Both the position numbers and the translations under genes were made by a program. This document shows, in pieces, positions 51,292 through 60,453 of a stretch of DNA of 64,000 nucleotides (the first letter of the stretch is position 1; each line of letters opens with the position of its first letter). Origin of the DNA: an uncultured Lachnospiraceae bacterium (GTDB lineage: Bacteria; Bacillota; Clostridia; Lachnospirales; Lachnospiraceae); contig CAJTRA010000006.1 of NCBI GenBank assembly GCA_910578345.1, positions 1,382 to 65,381 of the forward strand, written 5' to 3'. The notes beneath the pieces were generated by a model that saw nothing but the letters and a program-made list of their open reading frames with translations, searched no databases and had not been told where the DNA came from.

Positions 51292-51332
51292 GGAAGTGGC
51301 GAGGGTAGTGTGACAGGCAGGTAGGGAATAAG

Positions 51333-52016
51333 ATGATAAGGGCAGTTATATTTGATTTGGATGATACGTTGTATGAGTATGGGCCGTTGGATAAGGAAGC
51401 GTGGGGAAAAGTACGTGAGTTGGCCTGTGGAGAGCTGGGGATTTCGGTGGCGGTATATGAGGAAGCGTACTCTTATGGCAGGAGGGAGACGAAGCGGCAG
51501 TTGGAGAATGTGGCGGCTTCGCATAACAGGTTGCTGTATTGCCAGAAGACGCTTGAGTATCTGGGAGTGAATCCGGTGCCGCTGTCTTTGCGGATGTATG
51601 AGACTTACTGGGGAATCTTCCTGGAGAAGATGCGGTTGTTTGACGGGGCGCGGGAGTTTATGGATCGTATGCATGAGCGGGGGATTACGATGATGGTCTG
51701 CACAGATCTGACAGCGCATATCCAGCACCGAAAGATTGAGGCACTTAGGATTGCGGAGGACATCAAATATCTGGTGACCAGTGAGGAGGCCGGAAGAGAG
51801 AAACCTGCACCAGAGATGTTCGCGCTTTGTCTAGAGAAACTGAAAAAGAGGCCGGAAGAGGTCTGCTGCATCGGTGACAGTCTGGAACGGGATGTGAAAG
51901 CGGCTTTGGCAGCAGGCATGCAGGCAGTCCAGTTCTATCCAGAAAGGCCAAGCAGGCCGCAATACCGGGCTTTGGAGGAGAGGGTACTTAGCGGCATAGA
52001 AGGAACCATAGCGTGA
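51333..52016 (+). CDS. HAD-IA family phosphatase
   Basis: FDLDDTLY, CTD, EKP, IGDSLERD. Confidence 0.9.
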   Translation: MIRAVIFDLDDTLYEYGPLDKEAWGKVRELACGELGISVAVYEEAYSYGRRETKRQLENVAASHNRLLYCQKTLEYLGVNPVPLSLRMYETYWGIFLEKMRLFDGAREFMDRMHERGITMMVCTDLTAHIQHRKIEALRIAEDIKYLVTSEEAGREKPAPEMFALCLEKLKKRPEEVCCIGDSLERDVKAALAAGMQAVQFYPERPSRPQYRALEERVLSGIEGTIA

Positions 52017-52038
52017 GAAGGGGGATAACTGACAGAGC

Positions 52039-52743
52039 ATGAAACTATCGATTGTTGTACCATGTTATAATGAAGAACAGAATATTCCATTGATCCTAAA
52101 GCGGTTCGACGAAGTGATCAGTGGGAAAGAGATCGAAGTCATTCTGGTGAATAATGGATCGACAGACGACAGCGCAGTCGTACTGGCAGATCTGCTGCCG
52201 AAGTATTCTTTTACGCGGACAGTCAGGGTGGAAGTAAACCAGGGGTATGGATACGGCATTCTGCAAGGATTAAAGGAATGTAAAGGAGAATACATTGGAT
52301 GGACCCATGCGGATATGCAGACAGATCCGGCCGATATTCTGAAAGCATTGGATATCATAGAGATGGAAAAGGGACTTATCTTCGTCAAGGGAAACCGGAA
52401 GGGAAGACCGCTGTTTGATGTATTCTTTACGGCAGGCATGAGTCTGTTCGAGACTTGCTATCTTCATACGAAATTGTATGATATTAATGCGCAGCCCAAT
52501 ATTTTCCCTAAGGTATTTTTTGATGAATGGAAAAATCCGCCGTATGATTTTTCCTTAGATCTGTACGCACTGTACATGGCCAGAAAAAAGAATCTGAAAG
52601 TGATCCGTTTTCCTGTGCTTTTCCCGGAGCGGATCTATGGACATTCGAAATGGAATACAGGATTTCAGGCAAAGTGGAAGTTTATCAAGAGGACGATGGA
52701 ATTTAGCGTGAAGCTTAAGAAGGAAATAAAGCAGGAAAGGTGA
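52039..52743 (+). CDS. GT2 glycosyltransferase, polyprenol-phosphate sugar synthase (DPM1/GtrB-like)
   Basis: SIVVPCYNE, VNNGSTD, NQGYG, HADMQTDP, R..G.SK; 234 aa, no C-terminal TM. Confidence 0.88.
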   Translation: MKLSIVVPCYNEEQNIPLILKRFDEVISGKEIEVILVNNGSTDDSAVVLADLLPKYSFTRTVRVEVNQGYGYGILQGLKECKGEYIGWTHADMQTDPADILKALDIIEMEKGLIFVKGNRKGRPLFDVFFTAGMSLFETCYLHTKLYDINAQPNIFPKVFFDEWKNPPYDFSLDLYALYMARKKNLKVIRFPVLFPERIYGHSKWNTGFQAKWKFIKRTMEFSVKLKKEIKQER

Positions 52744-52753
52744 TAGGTTGGAT

Positions 52754-53494
52754 ATGAGAGAAGATAAAGACGGTGAGTTTTTAGATTTCCTACTGCGTAG
52801 ATTTAAAGTGGAGAGGGAAAGATTCGACAGATCGGGAGTGTATGCGTATACACAACGTTTACTTGCTTACAATTCAAATAAGATTGAGGGCAGTACACTT
52901 ACAGAGGAACAGACAGCCTCCCTGTTTGACAATGGCACACTTCCGAAATCCGATGATTATTATAGAGCCAAAGATGTCGAAGAAATGAACGGACATTTTC
53001 TCATGTTTAACAGAATGCTTGATACATTAGAAGAACCGTTGACGCAAGAATTGATCAAACAATTCCATTTTGAATTAAAATCGGGAGTATTTGAAGATCG
53101 TGCGAATGGATACGCGATCGGTGATTATAAGAAGCGTCCTAATATGATCGGGATGTATCCGACGATAAGACCTGAAAATGTTGAGCAGGAGATGTATCTA
53201 TTGATAGAGTGGTATGACGGTCAGGAACGAAATCTTTCTGTGTTGGCGGAGTTCCATGCAAAGTATGAGAGGATTCATCCATTTCAGGATGGCAACGGCC
53301 GTACAGGTAGATTGATTCTTTTCAGAGAGTGTTTGAAAAATGGATTGGTGCCCGTTGTGATCGAGGATGCAAATAGGAACGAGTATTTAGAAGGATTGAA
53401 AGAATACAGGGAACAAGAGACTCTTAGGCGGTTAATTGGTTTATTTGAAAAGGAACAGCAGTTTTATTGGGAGAAGTGCAGCTATTTTATGTAA
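52754..53494 (+). CDS. Fic-domain protein with N-terminal inhibitory helix (class II)
   Basis: Catalytic HPFQDGNGRTGR and inhibitory SNKIEG ((S/T)xxxE(G/N)). Confidence 0.92.
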   Translation: MREDKDGEFLDFLLRRFKVERERFDRSGVYAYTQRLLAYNSNKIEGSTLTEEQTASLFDNGTLPKSDDYYRAKDVEEMNGHFLMFNRMLDTLEEPLTQELIKQFHFELKSGVFEDRANGYAIGDYKKRPNMIGMYPTIRPENVEQEMYLLIEWYDGQERNLSVLAEFHAKYERIHPFQDGNGRTGRLILFRECLKNGLVPVVIEDANRNEYLEGLKEYREQETLRRLIGLFEKEQQFYWEKCSYFM

Positions 53495-53580
53495 GGATAG
53501 ACAGCACTATAGACAGCTTTGCTTGTATGCAGAAGAAATATGGTATTTAAACAATATGTTTATCAAGACGGGAGGTAAAG

Positions 53581-54216
53581 ATGGAATACATAGCGCATAG
53601 AATTAATACAGTAGAAGAACTGCGGCAGCTTCCGATACACTATGGGGTAGAATTGGATCTGCGGGATGATTTGAATGGAAGGATCTATCTTTCCCACAAT
53701 CCCTTTGAGCCGGGAGAGGATTTTGAGGCGTATTGTAAGGAATATCATCACGGTACGATGATTTTAAATATTAAGAGCGAGCGGATTGAACATAAGGTAC
53801 TGGAGTATATGAAACAATATCAGATTGAAAAATATTTCTTTCTGGATTCCTCGTTTCCGATGATCAAGCTGCTGACAGATCAGGGCGTAAAGGAGATCGC
53901 GCTCCGGTTCAGCGAGCTGGAGGGAATGGACACCCTTCGCAATATGGCCGGAAAGGCAGAGTGGGTATGGGTGGACTGTTTCACAAAGATTCCGCTTGAC
54001 CAGGATAGCTACCGGGAACTGAGAGAATTAGGGTATAAGTTGTGTTTTGTTTCGCCGGAGCTGGAAGCACAGGAGGAGAAAATCAGCGGGTACAGGAAGT
54101 ATCTGGAAGAACAGGGATTCCGGCTTGATGCGGTGTGCACGAAGCAGTATCATATCAAGGACTGGATGGAAATGGAGAAAGGAATGACGGGGAAGAGAGG
54201 GAATGGGAGCATATGA
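53581..54216 (+). CDS. Short GDPD/PLC-like phosphodiesterase-fold protein
   Basis: IAHRIN, GVELDLR, LSHNP, LNIK, C-terminal DAVCT. Confidence 0.7.
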   Translation: MEYIAHRINTVEELRQLPIHYGVELDLRDDLNGRIYLSHNPFEPGEDFEAYCKEYHHGTMILNIKSERIEHKVLEYMKQYQIEKYFFLDSSFPMIKLLTDQGVKEIALRFSELEGMDTLRNMAGKAEWVWVDCFTKIPLDQDSYRELRELGYKLCFVSPELEAQEEKISGYRKYLEEQGFRLDAVCTKQYHIKDWMEMEKGMTGKRGNGSI

Positions 54217-55814
54217 GATTTTCGAAGAAACCGGCTGAAGAAGTCAGGAAGAGATTTGGTATGGCGGCTGCGGTGGCGGCGACGCTTTTCGCAGGTCTTC
54301 TTGTCTTCTGCGGGCACTGGCAGTTCGAACTGCCATTCTATCCGAATGTGGATGAACAGTTGTCGTTGGACTGTATCTATGATCTGCTGAATCAGCATCT
54401 GTATGCGGGTGACATATATTTATTGGATTTTTTCCGCTATCCGCATTTTACCTTTTATTATGCGGTGCTTGGAGTACGTATTCTGGGCAGGTTTCTTTCG
54501 GGGGTAGATACGGTTGTTTTAATTCGCTATGTTGTATGCGGCACAGCGCTTTTGTCTAATGTATTCGTCTATTTTGTGGTTAAAATCATGACGGGGTCGA
54601 GAAAATGGGCGTATATTGGATTGGTCCTGTCGGTCTTCTCGTTGTATGGCTATGCCTATCTGTATTATACGGGGCCTGATACGATGATCTATGCGATCGC
54701 GAATGGGATCTTATTTCTGGGATGCCTGATCTATAAAGATACGCAGGCAGACAGGGTGGTGTATATATGGTATCCTTTGATGGCAATCTGCATCGGCCTT
54801 GCGGCTGCGGCGAAGTATCATGGCATCCTGTTTGGTCTTTTCTGGCTGGCCCTGCATTTCAGCAAGAAGTATTGGAAGAGTTATCGGAATGATTTTCTCT
54901 TTTTCCTAAATTGTTTTCTGATCGTTGTAGTGTTTTGCGTTTGCAACTATTCCATGTTTTTCTATTTCAGGACGTTTGTGGGCGATAACATGTATAATTT
55001 TAATCATTATGCATGGGGACATCCGGGGATTGAACATAATCTGCCGCTTTTGGGATATCTGGAAGCGTATGGCCTGACCAGTTATGGAGCAGTGGGCGGC
55101 ATTCTGCTTCTGCTGGGAATCTGGCGGCTTGCACACAGAAAAGACTGGCGCCATATCGTTGTGTTTATGATCATGCCGCTGTTTGTGATCCTGTTCCTGT
55201 CCAAATATCAGATTGTGCTGGGAAGAAATCTGTCGTTGGTTCTGCCGTTTAGCTATCTGTTTATGGTGTACGGGTTGATGGAGGCAGAGAGCTGGATGGA
55301 GAAAAGTCGCTTCTATAAAAAGGGCTTGTTGACGGTGATTGTGATACTGTTGGTGGCGATTAATGTTGAGGTGGTGGTCGATGATTACCGTTATGATCTG
55401 ACATATACACAGGCGGCAGAATATATCGAGGCGCAGATACCAGAGGGCGCGTTGATCTACTGCACTTCTTTTGCTCCCCAGATTGATACGCAGCGGTATA
55501 CGGTGATTGATATCGGTGAGAATATTGAATTGCTTCCCGAATTTCTTGGAGAGGAAGAATATTATGTGGATGTGGAGTATGCCACAGGGTATTTCAACCA
55601 GGCGAAGGACTATTTGATCAGAGAAGGAGGGGATATGTACCCGGAACTGAAAGCGGCATATGCTGAGAAGACGGGGGAATATCCGCTGAAGCAGAAATAC
55701 GCTGGCATTTCCTATGGAAAGGAGTGGAAATACCGGATTGGATATACGGATCTGTTCCGGTATGGACCAGAAGAATATTCTATAGGGCCTACGATCACGA
55801 TCTATGGGCAATAA
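54213..55814 (+). CDS. GT-C membrane glycosyltransferase (ArnT/PMT-like)
   Basis: First-loop acidic VDE, RYPH, GPD, GLAAAAKY, GRNL..VLPF; about 11-12 TM plus extracellular C-terminal domain; ATGA-coupled to the upstream gene. Confidence 0.75.
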   Translation: MRFSKKPAEEVRKRFGMAAAVAATLFAGLLVFCGHWQFELPFYPNVDEQLSLDCIYDLLNQHLYAGDIYLLDFFRYPHFTFYYAVLGVRILGRFLSGVDTVVLIRYVVCGTALLSNVFVYFVVKIMTGSRKWAYIGLVLSVFSLYGYAYLYYTGPDTMIYAIANGILFLGCLIYKDTQADRVVYIWYPLMAICIGLAAAAKYHGILFGLFWLALHFSKKYWKSYRNDFLFFLNCFLIVVVFCVCNYSMFFYFRTFVGDNMYNFNHYAWGHPGIEHNLPLLGYLEAYGLTSYGAVGGILLLLGIWRLAHRKDWRHIVVFMIMPLFVILFLSKYQIVLGRNLSLVLPFSYLFMVYGLMEAESWMEKSRFYKKGLLTVIVILLVAINVEVVVDDYRYDLTYTQAAEYIEAQIPEGALIYCTSFAPQIDTQRYTVIDIGENIELLPEFLGEEEYYVDVEYATGYFNQAKDYLIREGGDMYPELKAAYAEKTGEYPLKQKYAGISYGKEWKYRIGYTDLFRYGPEEYSIGPTITIYGQ

Positions 55815-55834
55815 CTCATAGAAAGTGATCCGGA

Positions 55835-56527
55835 TCACAAGAGAAACTCTTTCAATAAATGCTCCAGTTCTTCGGCCTCATCTTTCGACAGTACGAAAGA
55901 TTCCTGTGGATCCGTATTGGCGGCAGAATCTATGGCAGTATCTGGATCGATTCTTTTGGCCCGGTTTTTTGTCTTGGATTCCGGCTGGATCAACTGCATG
56001 TCCAGTTCAGCCTGCTCCAGGCGGCTTGCCAGATGATTTTCCAGATAATCGACCAGATTGATATGCAGAATCTTGATTTTGCCGGGTATGTCTACCAGGG
56101 AAGCGACAGCAAAGTAGAAATACAGTCCGAGAAAGCTGATCGCGTAAAAGGGTGCGATACTGATAAAGTTTTCATTGTGTACGATTCCCATACATGCGCC
56201 GATGCCGGCGGTTAACACGGCAAGCAGCATTAACTGGCCGGACAGATGTTTGATGAAAGAAAGCGGCAGCGCGCCAACTTTGATCCGGCTGATGAACTTG
56301 TCCACGAAGACAGGGACATTGGAGACTCTTTCATTGATCTTGTGGCAGCCGGAGAATTTCAGTTTTAACTGCTGCAGAGATTTATTGGTCGTGGAAGACA
56401 TATGTTCTGTTTCCCAGATCAGCTTGTGATATATCACTCCAACAATAATTTGGCATATGATACTTAAAAAAAGAAATACTAAGATTGCGATGATATAATT
56501 TTTATGTAGAAAAATTAAGTTAAGCAT
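55835..56527 (-). CDS. Hypothetical membrane protein (3 TM)
   Basis: 230 aa ORF, AAAGGTG RBS, acidic C-terminus; no motif recognised. Confidence 0.7.
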   Translation of the reverse strand: MLNLIFLHKNYIIAILVFLFLSIICQIIVGVIYHKLIWETEHMSSTTNKSLQQLKLKFSGCHKINERVSNVPVFVDKFISRIKVGALPLSFIKHLSGQLMLLAVLTAGIGACMGIVHNENFISIAPFYAISFLGLYFYFAVASLVDIPGKIKILHINLVDYLENHLASRLEQAELDMQLIQPESKTKNRAKRIDPDTAIDSAANTDPQESFVLSKDEAEELEHLLKEFLL

Positions 56528-56827
56528 GCAAGATCACACCTTTCAAGTGCGGTCGTTATCCCGGCAGTTTGACCGCAGAATGTACCACTAGGATGTCCGG
56601 GCGTCTACGTATCTTCTCATATTTATTATAATACGATGACCAGATCATGTAAGCTGTAAGGCGCCGACAAATTCTGACCATACGCAACAGTTCCGTTCTT
56701 GCAGTCTGATTGTCTGGCGATCTGAATATTGGCAATCATAGTCAGAATGTGGTAAAATAAGGAACAATATTAGAAAGCAATATTTGGTAAGAAATGAAAG
56801 ATCAAAAGGGAAAAGGAGAAGACAGAA

Positions 56828-57070
56828 ATGGTATATCAACCTAAAGGTGTGTGTTCGAAAGCGATTGACGTGGAAGTAGAAGGTGACGTGATCAGATCAG
56901 TGAAGTTCACAGGCGGATGTAATGGCAATTTACAGGGGATCTCAAGTCTGGTGGCGGGCATGAGGATCGAGGATGCGATCAGTAAATTGCGGGGTATTAA
57001 ATGTGGTCTTAAGAGTACATCCTGTCCTGACCAGCTTGCATGCGCATTGCAGGAGATCTTGGATAATTAG
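56828..57070 (+). CDS. TIGR03905-like TSCPD-domain protein
   Basis: KGVCS, GGCNGN, C...TSCPDQLA; AAGGAG RBS. Confidence 0.88.
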   Translation: MVYQPKGVCSKAIDVEVEGDVIRSVKFTGGCNGNLQGISSLVAGMRIEDAISKLRGIKCGLKSTSCPDQLACALQEILDN

Positions 57071-57085
57071 GAGGTTCTTTTCATC

Positions 57086-58168
57086 ATGGGTAAGAGGATT
57101 GTACTTACCGGCGGTGGAACTGCCGGACACGTGACCCCTAATATGGCATTGATCCCTAAGCTGAGGGAGCTTGGATATGAGATTAGCTATATGGGTTCTT
57201 ATGATGGTATCGAGAAGAAATTAATGGAAGATTTTAACCTTCCTTATTATGGCATTGCAACCGGGAAATTCAGAAGATATTTCGATCCTAAGAATTTCTC
57301 TGATCCTTTCCGCGTGATCAAAGGGGTGCGCGAGGCGCGCAGATATTTGAAGGAGATAGGGCCGGATGTTGTCTTTTCCAAGGGGGGATTTGTCAGTGTT
57401 CCTGTAGTGCGTGCGGCGGGTTCGCTAGGAATTCCCTGTGTTATACACGAGTCAGATATGACGCCTGGACTGGCGAATAAGCTCTGCATTCCGGTGGCGA
57501 AGAGAGTGTGCTGTAATTTTCCGGAGACTTTGCAGCAGCTTCCTCCCAACAAAGCTGTGCTGACAGGTTCTCCGATCAGGCAGGAACTTGCTGCGGGGAA
57601 CAAGGAAGCAGCCTATAAACTGTGCGGTTTCGACAATTCGAAGCCGGTTATTATGGTGGTGGGCGGCAGCCAGGGGTCAGCGGCGATCAATCAGGCAGTC
57701 CGGGACGTGCTTCCAGAGCTTTTGAAAGATTTTCAGGTCGTGCATCTGTGTGGTAAGGAAAAGATGGATAACCTTCTTCTCACAACGCCTGGCTATAAGC
57801 AGTTTGAGTATATCAAATCCGAGATGAAAGATCTTTTTGCGATGGCGGATCTCGTGATCTCGCGGGCGGGCGCAAACGCGATCAGCGAGCTGTTGTCCCT
57901 GAAGAAACCGAATATCCTGATCCCGCTGCCATCCACGAGCAGCAGAGGGGACCAGCTTCTGAATGCAAGATCGTTTGAGTCACAGGGCTTCAGCATCGTG
58001 ATTGACGAGGACGATCTGACGAACAAGCTGCTGCTGGAGAAAGTGCAGGAATTGTATTTTAACAGGAAAACTTACATCGATGCGATGCGCAAGAGCAGCC
58101 AGAGGGATGCGATCGGGGCGATCATCGGGCTGATCGAAGATGTGGTGAGCGAGAAGGAAAATTCTTGA
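57086..58168 (+). CDS. murG: Undecaprenyl-PP-MurNAc-pentapeptide GlcNAc transferase
   Basis: GGGTAGHV, KGGFVS, HESD..PGLAN, GGSQG, SRAGA, DQ..NA. Confidence 0.95.
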   Translation: MGKRIVLTGGGTAGHVTPNMALIPKLRELGYEISYMGSYDGIEKKLMEDFNLPYYGIATGKFRRYFDPKNFSDPFRVIKGVREARRYLKEIGPDVVFSKGGFVSVPVVRAAGSLGIPCVIHESDMTPGLANKLCIPVAKRVCCNFPETLQQLPPNKAVLTGSPIRQELAAGNKEAAYKLCGFDNSKPVIMVVGGSQGSAAINQAVRDVLPELLKDFQVVHLCGKEKMDNLLLTTPGYKQFEYIKSEMKDLFAMADLVISRAGANAISELLSLKKPNILIPLPSTSSRGDQLLNARSFESQGFSIVIDEDDLTNKLLLEKVQELYFNRKTYIDAMRKSSQRDAIGAIIGLIEDVVSEKENS

Positions 58169-58285
58169 AAAAGAATAATTGCGATGCTACACTTATATTT
58201 GAGAAAAGAGAGTCGTGCTGCGCACCGTTTGAGCACATGATAACAAGATCAAGGCAGTTTTGCCTGCCGGAAAAGGAGAGAGACA

Positions 58286-59632
58286 ATGAGCAAAGTTACA
58301 TTTGATTATTCCAAAGCGGCTTCCTTTATTGGAGAGAATGAAGTAGAGTCCATGAAGAAACTGGCATTGGATGCGAAGGAAGTACTGGTGAACAAGACAG
58401 GGGCAGGCAATGATTTCCTGGGCTGGATCGATCTGCCGGTCAATTATGACAAAGAAGAGTTTGCGAGGATCAAACAGGCGGCGGCTAAGATCCAGAGTGA
58501 TTCAGAAGTGCTTGTTGTGATCGGTATTGGCGGTTCCTATCTGGGAGCAAGGGCGGCGATCGAGTTTTTGCGTCACAGCTTTTATAATGTAGTGGATAAG
58601 TCGATCCGGAAGACACCGGAGATCTATTTCGTAGGGAATTCTATCAGCTCTACTTATATCAGGCATCTGATCGATGTGATCGGCGACAGAGATTTCTCGA
58701 TCAATATGATCTCTAAATCCGGTACGACCACAGAGCCGGCGATCGCGTTCCGTGTGTTCAAAGAGATGGCAGAGAAGAAGTACGGCAAGGAAGGCGCTGC
58801 GAAGAGAATCTATGCGACGACCGATAAGGCGAGAGGATCTCTTAAGAATCTTGCGAAGGAAGAGGGATATGAGAGTTTTGTCGTTCCGGATGATGTGGGC
58901 GGACGGTTCTCCGTGCTCACAGCAGTCGGCCTGCTTCCGATCGCGGTGTCCGGCGCAGATATTGACAAGCTGATGGAGGGCGCTGCAGAGGGCAGGAAGA
59001 TGGCGCTGGAGGCTCCCTTTGAAGAAAATGATGCTGTGAAATACGCGGCGCTTCGTAATATTCTGCTGCGCAAGGGGAAAGCGATCGAGATTCTGGCGAA
59101 TTATGAACCCAGTGCACATTATGTGTCTGAGTGGTGGAAGCAGCTGTACGGCGAGTCCGAGGGTAAAGATCAGAAGGGGATCTTCCCGGCGAGCGTTGAT
59201 CTGACCACAGACCTGCATTCCATGGGACAGTTTATCCAGGATGGTTCCAGAACGATGTTTGAGACAGTTCTCAATATTGAGACAAGCAGAGAGGAGATCA
59301 TCATTGGCGAGGAGCCGGTAGATCTGGATGGACTTAACTATCTGGTTGGCAAGAATGTAGACTTCGTCAATAAGAGCGCGATGAATGGAACGATTCTGGC
59401 GCACACAGATGGACAGGTTCCTAACTTCATGGTGAATGTGCCTGAGGTAAATGAGTTCTATCTCGGCGAACTGTTCTATTTCTTCGAGTTTGCCTGCGGC
59501 GTCAGCGGCTATCTGCTGGGTGTGAATCCGTTCAATCAGCCGGGCGTGGAGAGCTATAAGAAGAATATGTTTGCGCTTCTTGGCAAGCCGGGATATGAGG
59601 CGCAGAGAGAGGAATTGTTGAAGAGACTGTAG
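58286..59632 (+). CDS. pgi: Glucose-6-phosphate isomerase
   Basis: [49 protein letters not shown]. Confidence 0.97.
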   Translation: MSKVTFDYSKAASFIGENEVESMKKLALDAKEVLVNKTGAGNDFLGWIDLPVNYDKEEFARIKQAAAKIQSDSEVLVVIGIGGSYLGARAAIEFLRHSFYNVVDKSIRKTPEIYFVGNSISSTYIRHLIDVIGDRDFSINMISKSGTTTEPAIAFRVFKEMAEKKYGKEGAAKRIYATTDKARGSLKNLAKEEGYESFVVPDDVGGRFSVLTAVGLLPIAVSGADIDKLMEGAAEGRKMALEAPFEENDAVKYAALRNILLRKGKAIEILANYEPSAHYVSEWWKQLYGESEGKDQKGIFPASVDLTTDLHSMGQFIQDGSRTMFETVLNIETSREEIIIGEEPVDLDGLNYLVGKNVDFVNKSAMNGTILAHTDGQVPNFMVNVPEVNEFYLGELFYFFEFACGVSGYLLGVNPFNQPGVESYKKNMFALLGKPGYEAQREELLKRL

Positions 59633-59688
59633 GCGGCAGAAAGTGCTGCGGTGACAGGAAACGGTCACAGAAGAAGATTGTATGGAAA

Positions 59689-59735
59689 GAAACGGCAGAC
59701 AGTGGATGGATGAGATGCACTGTCTGCCGTTTTCC
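59689..59735. terminator. Bidirectional terminator between pgi and mscL
   Basis: AAACGGCAGACAGTG...CACTGTCTGCCGTTT perfect 15 bp stem between convergent genes. Confidence 0.8.
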
Positions 59736-59743
59736 TTATGTTT

Positions 59744-60178
59744 TCAGATTTTATCCGCTTCGTCCAGAAGAGAAGTACAATGCGGACACCGGGTAGCATG
59801 AATCGAAATTTGTGTTTTGCAGTAGGGACATTCCTTTTCGGTTGGTTCTTTGCTTTCTTCCTTTTCGTGTGAGCGCTGGAGCTTATTGATCTGACGGACC
59901 AGAAGGAAGATCACGAAGCTGACGACAAGGAAGTTGATCAACTGCGTCAGAAACGTACCATAATTGATCGTGGCGGCATTGTCTCCGCTTCCAAGGACGA
60001 TCATAAGAGCGTCAAAGTTGATCTTACCGGTAAAGATACTGAGCAGCGGCATAAAAATATCGTTTACCAAAGAGCCGACGATACTGGTAAAAGCGCTTCC
60101 GACGATCATACCTACAGCCAGGTCGATCATATTTCCTTTCAATGCAAATTTTTTGAATTCTCCAAGGAATTTTTTCAT
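59744..60178 (-). CDS. mscL: Large-conductance mechanosensitive channel with C-terminal zinc ribbon
   Basis: EFKKFALKGNMIDLAVG, LVNDIFMP, YGTFL..INF; tail CPYC-x9-CPHC. Start at ATG 60178 after GAGGTG. Confidence 0.93.
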   Translation of the reverse strand: MKKFLGEFKKFALKGNMIDLAVGMIVGSAFTSIVGSLVNDIFMPLLSIFTGKINFDALMIVLGSGDNAATINYGTFLTQLINFLVVSFVIFLLVRQINKLQRSHEKEESKEPTEKECPYCKTQISIHATRCPHCTSLLDEADKI

Positions 60179-60340
60179 TTTACCCACCTCTTTTGTGATT
60201 TTATTTTTCTTCCAGTCAGGGAATTTTCCACTTTTGTGTGCAGTGGAAGAAGCTTTTCCATTATCATAGCATATCTTGCTTCATATTGTAAGTAGGTTGA
60301 AATTCTTCATGTGATGTTCCAGGAAGTGCAGATTTTGTGG

Positions 60341-60387
60341 TTATGATTGTTGACATCGAGGTTAGATAATGCTAACCTTAATCATAA
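60341..60387 (+). promoter_or_regulatory. GH3 promoter with overlapping palindromic operator
   Basis: TTGACA (60350-60355), 17 bp, TAACCT with extended TG. Perfect inverted repeat AGGTTAG-N6-CTAACCT (60359-60378). Confidence 0.65.
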
Positions 60388-60453
60388 GGAAGACGGGATC
60401 CTAATCAACATAAGAAGCGTGAAAGAATAAAAGGCAAAGGAGCGTGAGAACAA

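Noticed and set aside
54906..55838. 310-aa ORF antisense to the GT-C gene
   Set aside because: No recognisable motif; a shadow of a hydrophobic codon-biased gene. The same applies to most other overlapping ORFs in the track (e.g. 2684-3382, 26269-27054, 49037-49768, 60982-61686).
56528..56750. Hairpins and a possible pseudoknot (GCGGTC/GACCGC with CCCGG/CCGGG) in the divergent intergenic region
   Set aside because: Short pairings, no match to a riboswitch I recognise, and no second copy for covariation support.
58502..59668. 388-aa ORF antisense to pgi
   Set aside because: Almost entirely overlaps a highly conserved gene, has no RBS or motif, and is the typical antisense shadow of biased codon usage.
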